DNA of 55,486 nt, taken from NCBI GenBank assembly GCA_964447245.1, contig CAYURX010000001.1:1-55486 (forward strand). Direction: 5' to 3'. The notes under the pieces are model-generated. The model saw only the letters and a list, made by a program, of their open reading frames with translations, was not told the DNA's origin and did no database searches. Both the position numbers and the translations under genes were made by a program. Each line of letters starts with the position of its first letter. The first letter of the stretch is position 1. This DNA comes from an uncultured Coprococcus sp. GTDB taxonomy: Bacteria; Bacillota; Clostridia; Lachnospirales; Lachnospiraceae. Shown here one piece after another: positions 8,859-18,552 of the stretch.

Positions 8859-11009
8859 GTGGCACAGATGGAAAAACAGGAATTAATTGTTGGATATGAT
8901 CTGTGTGCGGACTATTCACAGATCAGTTATTTTGATATGGAGAAAATGGAGCCGGATTCGGCGGCGGTGAATCAGCAGATGCAGATACCAACGGCTCTGT
9001 GCAAAGTTTTTGCCGGTGGCCGGTGGCTGAGCGGTAAAGAGGCTTTGGATGCGGCCGGCGCGGGACAGGGTGTGCTGGTTCGGGGATTTACGGAGAATAT
9101 AGGCAATGATCCGATGGTGGATGTGGCCGGCGAGCGTATGGAAAAGTCCGAGCTGATCTATCTGTTTGTGGCGGATACCCTCCGTGCGCTTAAAGATCTG
9201 ATACCGGGAGCTTCTGTGGGTTTTCTGACCCTGACGGCAGTGAAAATGGATCTGGCCATGGCTGACGCACTCAGACAGGCGGGCCGCAGGCTGGGCCTGC
9301 CTGCGGGGCGATTGTCCATGCAGAGCCACCGGTTAAGTTATGAGTATTACGCGCTGTGCCAGCGAAGGGAATTGTGGACCCATGATGTGGGGCTATTTGA
9401 ATATGACAGGCGGGGGCTGCGCTATCATCATCTGTCAGTTTCCTGGAAACATCATCCGCCGGCTGTCACGTGTGAGACGGCAGATCTGACGGGTTATCTG
9501 GATGGTCGTGAACTGGACAATCCGGTGGGACCTGAGATGGACAGGAAGTTTTTGGAGGCCATCAGGGAAGTCTCGGCCCGAAGGACGATCTCTACGTACT
9601 ATCTGGTGGGAGAAGGCTTTGAGGATGCAGGTGCGGGCAGCGGCTGGATGAATGTTTCCCTGCAGCAATTATGCGCTATGCGCCGGCATGTGTTTGTGGG
9701 GCAGAATCTTTATGCCAGAGGGGCCTGTTATCATAGCTACTATATGTCTGTGCCCGGCAAAACCCCGGGTTTTCTGGCGGTGAATGCGGACCTTTTGGTG
9801 AAAGAAGTCTACATCCGGTCGATCCACAGGAACGCGCCCCATAAGGTCATGCTGGTGCCGGCCGGAACGCCATGGTACAGTGCGGCCGGTGAAAACTATT
9901 TGCTGGTGGACGGCTGTGAGCAGTTGATTCTGCATGTGAGAGACACGATGACCAATCTGGAGCATACGGTGGTTTTCCCCGTCGTCGGATTGCCAGAGAG
10001 GCCGGCGAAGACGACCAGACTGTTGATCCGGACGGTTTTTGATACTGAGGCGATCTGTCATATGACGGTGAAAGATGTGGGATTCGGTGAAATATTTGCA
10101 GGTACGGGCAAAGTATGGGAGATGGCTTTTGACGTCAACGAAGCCCCGGAAACACCCGCTGTTTCGGAACGCGGGACGGTGATCGAGGCGACAGCGCCTG
10201 CAGAAGTGACGCCTCTTGATATGAAGATGTCAGGGGTGAGGATATATTCTCTGGAGGAATTATGTTGGTATATGGCGGAAAATGTTTATGCCATTACCAT
10301 GGAACTTTTTGATGAGACGATGTTTTACTGGATGGATAAAGTGACCGGCAATCATTCTCTGGCACTGGCTCTGAATAATTACAAAGAGGCCGGAAAGCCG
10401 CTCAAAGAGATCGTGCGTCTGCTGCTCAATTCCGTGGATTATCTGAGCAATGCCGAGATCGCCCGTGTATATAATAAGCTGTCGGAGATCGAACGGCAGA
10501 ATCCGGCGGAGCACGCCAGAATGGCTGCGGATAATTACTGCAGGTTTGGCAGGTATATGGCGGCCTTAAAGACCTATCATCATGTCATTTACCAGATGGA
10601 GCATGTTTACAGCAATGATGTGACCAGGCAGTTCAGAGCGGAGACCTGGCATAATATGGGTGTGGCTTTCCTCAAATTGCATCATGTGCGTTCGGCGGCA
10701 TCCTGTATGCAGAAAGCTTTCGAATTGCAGAAAGAGCAGAGCTATCTTGAAGCTTATATTTATACCCTGCAGCTTTTGGGCGCGCAGGATCGGATCCTTG
10801 AGGCGGCCCGCCAGGAGAGTATCCCGTCTGCGATGATCGATGAGATCCTGGCTAAATATCAAAAAGCGGAAGCTGCTTATGAGACATCTGCGCGCGGGGA
10901 AAAAATGAAAGCGGGCCTGGCGCTGAAAAAGGAGCAGCGGTTGGAAGATTACAGCCGTTATGTGGAGGAATATCTGAAAAACGAAAAGAAAAAATATGCG
11001 CTGCCATAG
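8859..11009 (+). CDS. DUF5716-like protein (degenerate Hsp70/actin-like N-terminus) with TPR-like C-terminal region
   Basis: IVGYDLCADYSQISY resembles the Hsp70 phosphate-1 motif; YARGACY; C-terminal AETWHNMGVAFLKL TPR-like helices; GTG start 2 nt after upstream stop. Confidence 0.65.
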   Translation: MAQMEKQELIVGYDLCADYSQISYFDMEKMEPDSAAVNQQMQIPTALCKVFAGGRWLSGKEALDAAGAGQGVLVRGFTENIGNDPMVDVAGERMEKSELIYLFVADTLRALKDLIPGASVGFLTLTAVKMDLAMADALRQAGRRLGLPAGRLSMQSHRLSYEYYALCQRRELWTHDVGLFEYDRRGLRYHHLSVSWKHHPPAVTCETADLTGYLDGRELDNPVGPEMDRKFLEAIREVSARRTISTYYLVGEGFEDAGAGSGWMNVSLQQLCAMRRHVFVGQNLYARGACYHSYYMSVPGKTPGFLAVNADLLVKEVYIRSIHRNAPHKVMLVPAGTPWYSAAGENYLLVDGCEQLILHVRDTMTNLEHTVVFPVVGLPERPAKTTRLLIRTVFDTEAICHMTVKDVGFGEIFAGTGKVWEMAFDVNEAPETPAVSERGTVIEATAPAEVTPLDMKMSGVRIYSLEELCWYMAENVYAITMELFDETMFYWMDKVTGNHSLALALNNYKEAGKPLKEIVRLLLNSVDYLSNAEIARVYNKLSEIERQNPAEHARMAADNYCRFGRYMAALKTYHHVIYQMEHVYSNDVTRQFRAETWHNMGVAFLKLHHVRSAASCMQKAFELQKEQSYLEAYIYTLQLLGAQDRILEAARQESIPSAMIDEILAKYQKAEAAYETSARGEKMKAGLALKKEQRLEDYSRYVEEYLKNEKKKYALP

Positions 11010-11030
11010 TGGTTGAATGGGCATTGTGCG

Positions 11031-11071
11031 AAAGCAGTAATCTGTTGATTGTGCAGATTGCTGCTTTTTTT
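11031..11071 (+). terminator. Intrinsic terminator
   Basis: AAAGCAGTAATCTG...CAGATTGCTGCTTT stem plus T run. Confidence 0.75.
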
Positions 11072-11112
11072 GTGCTGAAACTGGAAAAACTGGCAAATTT
11101 TTAAAAAAGTAG

Positions 11113-11169
11113 TTGACATTATGGGTGAAACGAGTTATCATAATAACACATAATATAACGTTATATAAC
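11113..11169 (+). promoter_or_regulatory. sigmaA promoter of the frl operon with a GntR/FrlR-type operator
   Basis: TTGACA-N17-TATCAT (11113-11141); palindrome GTTATATAAC (11160-11169) fits GT-N2-TA-N2-AC, overlapping a second palindrome TATAACGTTATA. Confidence 0.7.
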
Positions 11170-11204
11170 AACATAAATTTCCAAAAAAATGGAGGAGTCA
11201 TTTT

Positions 11205-12182
11205 ATGAAACAAGAACATATTGATCAGATTAATACCGCTGTTTCTGCTGTTGCCGCTAAAGCAAACATCAATCATTTTTATTTTGTAGCATGCGGTGGT
11301 TCTCAGGCATTCATGATGCCGGCTCAGTACATATTTGACCGTGAATTGGCGATTCCAACCAGCATTTATACATCCAACGAATTTGTACACCGTGCGCCAA
11401 AGGCATTGGGTCCTGATTCTGTTGTGATTACATGTTCTCATTCCGGTAATACACCGGAGACTGTAAAGGCGACTGAAGTGGCAAGGGAAAAAGGCGCAAC
11501 AACAATCGCGTTATCCAATCTGGTAGATTCCCCTCTGTGGAAAGCAGCAGAATATCCGATCCATTATGACTGGGGCAAGGAAGCGGATGCCAGCGATTTA
11601 AATAAAGCAGCATTATATTCATTGATTTTCCGTATTCTGAATGCGATCGCTCCGTGTGAGAAATACGAGAAGGGTATCGCTTCTGTTGAGAATATTAATG
11701 ATGTGCTTGAAAAAGCAAAAGCCCAGTATGCGGATACAGTGAAGGAATGGGGCAGAAAGTACAAGAGAGAAAAACTGATTTATACAATGGGCAGCGGTGC
11801 CTGCTATGGAGAGGCTTATTCTTTCGCAATCTGTCTTCTGATGGAAATGCAGTGGATCCATTCAAATTGCATTCATTCCGGTGAATATTTCCATGGCCCG
11901 TTTGAGGTTACAGATTATGATGTGCCATTTATCATTATCAAGGGGCTTGGCGCAACAAGACCGCTTGATGAGCGTGCGCATAACTTCTGTCAGAAGTTCT
12001 GTGATTCAATCATGCTGGTAGATTGTGAGACATTTGATATGACAGGCATTGACGAAGAAGTCAGAGAGTATTTTGCACCGCTGGTAGCAGGCGCTGTGCT
12101 TCGTTCTCTGGCCGATGAACTGGCTTATCAGAGAGGCCATGATTTAGGCGTTCGCCGTTATATGTGGAAGATGGAATACTAA
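11205..12182 (+). CDS. frlB: Fructoselysine-6-phosphate deglycase (SIS domain)
   Basis: FVACGGS, SHSGNTPET, LMEMQW, HSGEYFHGPFE and C-terminal RRYMWKMEY. Confidence 0.9.
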   Translation: MKQEHIDQINTAVSAVAAKANINHFYFVACGGSQAFMMPAQYIFDRELAIPTSIYTSNEFVHRAPKALGPDSVVITCSHSGNTPETVKATEVAREKGATTIALSNLVDSPLWKAAEYPIHYDWGKEADASDLNKAALYSLIFRILNAIAPCEKYEKGIASVENINDVLEKAKAQYADTVKEWGRKYKREKLIYTMGSGACYGEAYSFAICLLMEMQWIHSNCIHSGEYFHGPFEVTDYDVPFIIIKGLGATRPLDERAHNFCQKFCDSIMLVDCETFDMTGIDEEVREYFAPLVAGAVLRSLADELAYQRGHDLGVRRYMWKMEY

Positions 12183-12405
12183 TAGTCTGCCTTTTCCAAA
12201 CGGAGAGCAGAAACATTAGATCCTGATTATAGACGAAGCAGTCAGAACGACGGGGTTCCTGGATGCGGGTGGCGATAACCGGGAGACCCCGTTGTTTTCT
12301 CTGCCATTTAAGTGACAGGGATGAAAGAAAGTTAAGGCTATGGCCGTCGAAAACCAGAGGGAGCGGCGGTTTCAATATAGCAATTCATTAAAGGAGGATT
12401 AAGAA

Positions 12406-13770
12406 ATGAAATTAAGAAAAGTTGCAGCGTTCGCAGTTGCTGCTGTTATGGGACTGTCCTTGATCGGATGCGGTGGTTCCGGTGATTCAGCAGGCGAACA
12501 AAAAGAGACAGAAGCAGCAGCTGCAGGTACAGAAGCAGCCGCAACAGAAGAAGCAGCAGCACCAGAGGGTACAGAGGGAGAGCAGGTTGTGATCAACTTC
12601 TTCCATCGTTGGCCGAATGATCCGAAGAATTCCATGTTCCAGTCATTGATTGAAGAATATATGGCTGAGAACCCAAATGTTACAATTAATATGGACTGTA
12701 TCTTAAATGATCAGTATAAAGAAAAAATCCGTATGGTTGTTGGTACTGACGAAGTTCCGGATATTTTCTCTTCATGGTCCGGAACTTTCGCTCAGGAAAT
12801 GATCGATTCAGGTAATGTGGCAGCTTTGAACGATATGTACGAGGCAGATCCTGAGTGGTCAGGCGCTATTGCTCAGGCCAGTGTTGATGGTTTCACTTTT
12901 GACGGCCAGATCTATGCAGCACCATGGTCTCAGGATGGTAAAGTCTTCTATTACAACAAGAAGATTTTTGAAGAAAATAATCTGGAAGTTCCAACAACAT
13001 GGAATGATTTTATCGCAGTTCTGGATGCTTTGAAGGCAGCCGGCTATGAGACACCGATCGTTGAGGGTCTTGCCGATAACTGGGCAATTTTACATTATCT
13101 TGGAACAATGAACCAGAGAATGTTAGATCCTGAGGTTCTTGCAAAAGATTATGATCCTGCAACAGGTGAATTTACAGATCCTGCATATGTGACAGTTCTG
13201 GAGAAATGGCAGCAGCTGACTTCCTACATGGGTGAAACCTGTGTTGCTATTGACCATGAAACAGCAAGAAATACTTATTTCGCAACAGGCGAAGCTCCGA
13301 TCATGTACCTTCAGTTTGCTGAGATCACTCTGCTTGAGCAGTCCCTGCCGGAAGGTTTTGAGTATGGTTTCTTCAACTTCCCTGCTTTTGAAGAAGGCAA
13401 GGGTGATCCAAACGGTCTGACAGGCGCACCGGAAGGCTTTATGATCAGCAACAAGACAAAATATCCGGAAGAATGCCAGAAGTTCTTAAAGTGGCTCGTA
13501 AGCAAACATGGCGGCGCTGTTCTGACAACTCAGTGCGGTGATATCTCCAGTGTGGCCGGTGCTGTAGACGAGACAAACGCATTGCCGGCTCAGCTCGAAG
13601 CGATGGATATCATCAGCAATGCATCGACATTGGTACCATGGTTTGATAATGCATGTGACGCATCCGTTTACACTGTATACGGACAGGGTGCACAGGCAAT
13701 TGCAACAGGCGATGAAACACCTGAAAGTGTTATGCAGCAGGTTCAGGAAGCTGCAGCATCCTTACACTAA
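12406..13770 (+). CDS. Sugar(-amine) ABC transporter substrate-binding lipoprotein
   Basis: Lipobox LIGC, Ala/Glu-rich linker, VPDIF and FYYNKKIF motifs; frl context. Confidence 0.88.
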   Translation: MKLRKVAAFAVAAVMGLSLIGCGGSGDSAGEQKETEAAAAGTEAAATEEAAAPEGTEGEQVVINFFHRWPNDPKNSMFQSLIEEYMAENPNVTINMDCILNDQYKEKIRMVVGTDEVPDIFSSWSGTFAQEMIDSGNVAALNDMYEADPEWSGAIAQASVDGFTFDGQIYAAPWSQDGKVFYYNKKIFEENNLEVPTTWNDFIAVLDALKAAGYETPIVEGLADNWAILHYLGTMNQRMLDPEVLAKDYDPATGEFTDPAYVTVLEKWQQLTSYMGETCVAIDHETARNTYFATGEAPIMYLQFAEITLLEQSLPEGFEYGFFNFPAFEEGKGDPNGLTGAPEGFMISNKTKYPEECQKFLKWLVSKHGGAVLTTQCGDISSVAGAVDETNALPAQLEAMDIISNASTLVPWFDNACDASVYTVYGQGAQAIATGDETPESVMQQVQEAAASLH

Positions 13771-13846
13771 TTATAGGTCTGTTTGTTCCAGCCGGGGTGG
13801 GGCCAGAGGTCCTGCTCCGGCTGCTAAAGAAATGAGATGATTTGTA

Positions 13847-14731
13847 TTGATTAAAAAGAGAAAAACAGAAGCATTTCTTTTTGCAGTTCCTGCGTTGATC
13901 GTACTGGGAATATTTGTTTATATGCCGTTGATCAGCAATATTATCAATAGCTTCCATTCCTTTACACTGTCTTCGACAACGAAGGACTGGGCGGGCCTGG
14001 CGAACTACAAGCAGCTCTTTTCGGACAAGACCATTCTGATCTGTCTGAAAAATAATATTTTGTATGCGGTCATATCCATCATTATCCAGGTTGGATTGGG
14101 ACTGGTGCTTGCAGCAGTACTTGAAGATGTCGCATTCAGAAGGTCGGCGCCGATTTTCAGAAGTATTTATTTTATCCCGACAATTTTATCCATGACAGTT
14201 GTCTGTCTGTTGTTCGAATTCATCTATAATCCGCAGATGGGTTTGTTAAACAGTTTTTTGGATGCGGTAGGACTGGATAGTATGGCGAAAGTCTGGCTGG
14301 GCAGTAAGAAAACAGCCATGTATGCAGTTATTGCGGTTTCACAGTGGCAAAGCATTGGTTATGTGGCCATGCTGTTTATTGTGGCCATTCAGAAGATTCC
14401 GCGTGAATTGTATGAAGCGGCAGAGGTGGACGGCGCAAACAAAATTCAACGTTTCTTTTCAATAACGGTTCCACAGGTGAAGCAGATGTTCTTTGTAACA
14501 ATGGTGCTGACTGTGGTGGGTGCTTTCACTGTTTTCAATGAGCCATATATTTTAACGGGCGGCGGTCCTGGAACGGCGACCATGGTATTATCGCTGCATA
14601 TGTATCAGACCGGCTTCGTGAAAAATAATATGGGATATGCATCTGCAATTGCAATGCTGATTTTTGTAGTTACAGCGATTTTGTCCTCCGTACAGTTTAT
14701 GACCTATGGAACGGAAAAGGAGGAACGCTGA
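13847..14731 (+). CDS. Carbohydrate ABC permease (CUT1)
   Basis: EAA loop ELYEAAEVDGA; hydrophobic segments. Confidence 0.9.
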   Translation: MIKKRKTEAFLFAVPALIVLGIFVYMPLISNIINSFHSFTLSSTTKDWAGLANYKQLFSDKTILICLKNNILYAVISIIIQVGLGLVLAAVLEDVAFRRSAPIFRSIYFIPTILSMTVVCLLFEFIYNPQMGLLNSFLDAVGLDSMAKVWLGSKKTAMYAVIAVSQWQSIGYVAMLFIVAIQKIPRELYEAAEVDGANKIQRFFSITVPQVKQMFFVTMVLTVVGAFTVFNEPYILTGGGPGTATMVLSLHMYQTGFVKNNMGYASAIAMLIFVVTAILSSVQFMTYGTEKEER

Positions 14732-15579
14732 TGGAAGGGAAAAAGGTAAAGGGACGCAGAAAATATGGGCCGGGTGAGATTATTGCTTTTATCATTCTTG
14801 TGATTTTCGCAATTATGATCCTGTATCCGATGTTCTGGATCCTGATGTCTTCTTTTAAAGATTATCAGGGGATTTATGGTGATGTATGGGGGCTTCCTGA
14901 AGTCTGGCATGTAGAAAATTATGTCAATGCATGGAGTAAAGGAATTTCCCAGTATTTTGTAAACAGTATTATCGTAACGCTGGTGACGCTTGTTGGTGTT
15001 GTATTTATATCTTCTTTTGCAGCATTTGGCGTATGTCAGCTTAAAGGGAAGCTGGGGAATTTTATTTTCCTGTTTTGCCTGTGCGGGCTGTTATTGGCTC
15101 CGCAGGTATGTGTATTGCCATTGTTTATGCTTTTAAAAGCATTAAATCTGAAGAATACACTGTGGGCAATGATTCTGCCGTATATTGCCTTCCGACTGCC
15201 GGTTTCGATCATGATGCTCCGCGCGTTTTTTGTGGGGATATCAAAGGAACTGGAGGAGGCGGCAATTATTGATGGCGCGTCTTTGTTCCAGATTTATACG
15301 CATATATATCTGCCTTTGTCAAAACCGATTCTGTCTACAGTAACGATTATGACGGCTTACTATGCATGGAATGAATTTATGTTTGCGACGATTTTTGTGG
15401 ACAGTTCCAAGCTCCGTACAATTCCGGTCGGATTGATGGTATTCAGAGACGGCCTGATGACAGACTGGGGCGTTGTTATGGCCGGTATGGTTATATCCTG
15501 CGTGCCGATTCTGATTTTGTTCCTGTTAATGCAAAAGAGTTTTGTACGTGGAATGACAGCCGGTGCTGTGAAAGGCTGA
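14731..15579 (+). CDS. Carbohydrate ABC permease (CUT1)
   Basis: ELEEAAIIDGA, WNEF, GMTAGAVKG; TGATG overlap with the previous gene. Confidence 0.9.
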   Translation: MEGKKVKGRRKYGPGEIIAFIILVIFAIMILYPMFWILMSSFKDYQGIYGDVWGLPEVWHVENYVNAWSKGISQYFVNSIIVTLVTLVGVVFISSFAAFGVCQLKGKLGNFIFLFCLCGLLLAPQVCVLPLFMLLKALNLKNTLWAMILPYIAFRLPVSIMMLRAFFVGISKELEEAAIIDGASLFQIYTHIYLPLSKPILSTVTIMTAYYAWNEFMFATIFVDSSKLRTIPVGLMVFRDGLMTDWGVVMAGMVISCVPILILFLLMQKSFVRGMTAGAVKG

Positions 15580-15670
15580 TTGCGGATCATTGCAGTCTGG
15601 TAAAAATGGCCGGAGTATTGTATGATTAGAAAAATGGCTGTATAGCCACAGGATGGAGGATACGAATATC

Positions 15671-16486
15671 ATGAAATTGATTGCTATCGGGGATAATGTG
15701 ACGGATTGTTATGTGGATGAAGGTGTTTATTTCCCTGGAGGAAACGCGGTTAATGTTGCTGTCAACTGCAAAAAAAACGGCGCGGAAAAGGTGAATTATA
15801 TTGGTGTGTTCGGGGATGATGACAGAGCTGATTATATCAGGGAATGTCTGGCTGAGGAAGGCGTGACCTGCCGCCGTTCAAGAAAAGTCTATGCGCCGAC
15901 TGCGCAGCCAAAAGTGTTTTTAAAAGACGGTGACCGTGTTTTTGGCCGGGGCCCGAGAGACAGTTGTCAGCATCTGTTCGCTATCAAGATCGTGGAGGAA
16001 GATATGGCGGTCATCAGAGAATATGACATCTGCCATACCAGTTGTTTTTCTAATTTGGAATATGAGCTGCCTCAGTTACAGAAAATCTGTAAAGTTTCTT
16101 TTGATTTTTCTGAGCAGCGTGATGAAGATTATCTGCAGCGGACATGTCCATTTCTGACATTCGCGTTCTTTTCGGGATCGGATCTGACAGAGGAGGAATG
16201 TGAGCGTCTGTTATATCATGTGCATGAACTGGGAACCTCAGTGGTGGGTGTTACCCGCGGCGCAAAGGGCGCGATCTTCTATGATGGCAAAAAGCTTTAC
16301 CGTCAGGCCATTAAAAAGGTTGAAGCAGTGGATACAATGGGAGCAGGCGACAGCTTTATCGCAGGTTTTCTGACGGCTTATGGAGATGGCCGGAGTATGG
16401 AAGACGCATTGGATTACGCGGCAGAGCGTTCGGCGCTGACATGTACGGTCCGGGGAGGCTTCGGCCATCCTCATGAGGACAGATAG
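15671..16486 (+). CDS. frlD: PfkB-family kinase, probable fructoselysine 6-kinase
   Basis: IGDNVTD, PGGNAVNVAV, VDTMGAGDSF; GGAGG RBS; locus context. Confidence 0.82.
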   Translation: MKLIAIGDNVTDCYVDEGVYFPGGNAVNVAVNCKKNGAEKVNYIGVFGDDDRADYIRECLAEEGVTCRRSRKVYAPTAQPKVFLKDGDRVFGRGPRDSCQHLFAIKIVEEDMAVIREYDICHTSCFSNLEYELPQLQKICKVSFDFSEQRDEDYLQRTCPFLTFAFFSGSDLTEEECERLLYHVHELGTSVVGVTRGAKGAIFYDGKKLYRQAIKKVEAVDTMGAGDSFIAGFLTAYGDGRSMEDALDYAAERSALTCTVRGGFGHPHEDR

Positions 16487-16506
16487 TAAAAGGGAAATGG
16501 ACAGAG

Positions 16507-16581
16507 AAAGGAAGGTAAACGCAAATGCCTTCCTTTTTTCTGTCGGCAGTTGTTGAAGAAATAAGGAAAATAATATATAAT
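16507..16581 (+). promoter_or_regulatory. Terminator after frlD followed by a sigmaA-like promoter for the PHP-GntR pair
   Basis: AAAGGAAGG...CCTTCCTTTTTT hairpin; TTGAAG-N17-TATAAT at 16553-16581. Confidence 0.55.
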
Positions 16582-16599
16582 GATTTAAGAGGTATCAAT

Positions 16600-17406
16600 A
16601 TGTTGCAGCAGGATTATCATGTGCATTGTTTAAATTCGCCGGATAGCCGGGAACCTTTGGACGAAATTTGTAAAGGTGCCATTGCGGCAGGTCTGGCGGA
16701 GATTATGGTGACAGATCATTATGAAATGTTTACGGATGCTTACGGGTGTCCGGCATGGCGTCCGGGTCATCTGGATCAGTGTCGGGATTCCGTTGAGAAA
16801 TGCCGTGAGTTGTTTGACGGTCAATTGTATGTGGGGTTTGGAATTGAACTGGGACAATGGCATTTGCAGCCGGAGGATGCAGCCCGTGTCACGCGGGAGT
16901 ATCCGTTTGATTTTGTGATTGCGTCCAATCATAAAATGGATGATGTGGATCTTAAATTTCTGAACTATGGTGAGATGGACCGGAAGCTTTTACGCCGAAA
17001 GTATCTGGAAGGTCTTTTACAGATTGCAATGTGTGGAGACTTTGACTGTTTGGGACATCTTGATTTGATCAAACGGTATGCAGCGGGACAGGGTTTTTCG
17101 ATTAGAGCTGAGGATGAAGAAGAATTAACACGGACGATTCTGGAGACATTGGTGAAAAGAGGCAAGGGGTTGGAATTGAATACCTCCGGTCTTCGGCAAT
17201 CGGTGAAAGAAATGTTTCCGTCCAGAACGATTTTGGAATGGTATAGGGAAGAAGGCGGAGAGATTATTACGGTTGGGTCTGATGCCCATTGCAGACCGGA
17301 TGTGGCGGCCGGTTTTTCAATGGCCGAAGCGATGCTGACGGCGGTTGGATTCAGAGAGATCAGCTGTTTTCGGAAACGGAGAGAATTTCGAAAGAGGATA
17401 GGATAG
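16600..17406 (+). CDS. PHP-family phosphatase (histidinol-phosphatase HisJ/HisK-like)
   Basis: DYHVH, TDHYE, GHLDL, ELNTSG and GSDAH motifs. Confidence 0.85.
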   Translation: MLQQDYHVHCLNSPDSREPLDEICKGAIAAGLAEIMVTDHYEMFTDAYGCPAWRPGHLDQCRDSVEKCRELFDGQLYVGFGIELGQWHLQPEDAARVTREYPFDFVIASNHKMDDVDLKFLNYGEMDRKLLRRKYLEGLLQIAMCGDFDCLGHLDLIKRYAAGQGFSIRAEDEEELTRTILETLVKRGKGLELNTSGLRQSVKEMFPSRTILEWYREEGGEIITVGSDAHCRPDVAAGFSMAEAMLTAVGFREISCFRKRREFRKRIG

Positions 17407-17421
17407 GGTGAGAGAAGGAGT

Positions 17422-18195
17422 ATGTTGGATACGAATAGTTCGATTCCATTGTATGAGCAGTTAAAAACAGCCATAAAGGAAGGCATTGAGGCGAAGGTCT
17501 ACCGGCCGGGGGAGAGACTGCCGAGTGAACTGGAATTGGAAGCTCAGTATAAGGTCAGCAGAATTACAGTGCGGCGGGCTGTGAAAGAATTGTGTGATGA
17601 AGGTATTCTTGTGCGCAGACAGGGTAAGGGAACCTTTGTGCTGGACAGGACGGATTACCGCAGGATTGACCGGGGGGCAGGAATGGGCGTTCATGATTAT
17701 ATGGCGATGGCCGGGAAAAAGGCCAGGGCAGAGATTTTGGAAAAGAGTATTATTAAACCGAAACCGGCCTATGCCAGAGATCTGCATATTGATCCCATGG
17801 ATGATGTGATTTATCTAAAAAGGCTGATGTTTGTGGATGATACGCCGATGATGATCGATACCAGTTATCTGCCGGTGAACCGTTTTCCAGGATTATATGA
17901 CAAGCTGGTGGGTGATGTGGCATTGTTCCACATGATTCAGCAGGAATACGGGGTGAAGCTTGAACGCTATTACAAGGTTTTGAAGGTCCAGAAGGCCAAC
18001 AGGGAGATGAGCCGCTGTCTGAATTGTAAGGTTGGCGACCCGATGTTTGACCTGTTTAAGATTACCTATGACGGCAATCTGGTACCGCAGAATATTTCGA
18101 TTTCTATCATGAAAGGTGAGAATACGTATTATGTGCTGTCAAGCAACACCGATGAAGATGAAGTCAATCAGAGCGGCCTGAGCTGGCGGGTATAG
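17422..18195 (+). CDS. frlR: GntR/HutC-family regulator (UTRA domain), probable FrlR
   Basis: PLYEQL, LPSELEL, VSRITVRRA, QGKGTFV; located at the end of the frl locus. Confidence 0.75.
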   Translation: MLDTNSSIPLYEQLKTAIKEGIEAKVYRPGERLPSELELEAQYKVSRITVRRAVKELCDEGILVRRQGKGTFVLDRTDYRRIDRGAGMGVHDYMAMAGKKARAEILEKSIIKPKPAYARDLHIDPMDDVIYLKRLMFVDDTPMMIDTSYLPVNRFPGLYDKLVGDVALFHMIQQEYGVKLERYYKVLKVQKANREMSRCLNCKVGDPMFDLFKITYDGNLVPQNISISIMKGENTYYVLSSNTDEDEVNQSGLSWRV

Positions 18196-18418
18196 TGACA
18201 GTTCAGCTTGTCATTTTGAAACACAATACGGACAGTCTCTACCTGTAAAACCCGTTCTCACTCGGAGAAAAACGCAGCGGATACTAAGACTTTTTGTTCG
18301 CAAAGCTCCAAAAAGTCAAGTACCGGCGTTTTTCTACGGTTTTCAGGTAGAGATCTGCCGTAATTGTGTGAACAAAAATGACAGTGCTGAACGGTTTTTT
18401 TGGCTATTCAGCCGCAAT
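18195..18418 (+). repeat. ~220 bp self-complementary element, left copy
   Basis: Near-identical (about 8 differences counted by eye) to the reverse complement of 20387-20609; internally an extended imperfect palindrome. Confidence 0.93.
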
Positions 18419-18437
18419 GTTAGAAAGAAGCCGGTGC

Positions 18438-18466
18438 TTGACAGGGAATGTATGCTGTATTAGAAT
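18438..18466 (+). promoter_or_regulatory. sigmaA promoter of the esterase gene
   Basis: TTGACA-N17-TAGAAT. Confidence 0.7.
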
Positions 18467-18552
18467 ATCTTTAGTTGTTTGGCTGTGACTGCAATGCGCT
18501 GCATGGCTAAAACATCTATGACATTTAAGAGAATGAGGATGAGGATAAGAAA

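Noticed and set aside
611-18195. Fructoselysine-to-butyrate pathway as in Intestinimonas
   Set aside because: No lysine fermentation genes (kamA, kamDE, kdd, kce, kal) in the window; the proximity of crt-hbd is not evidence
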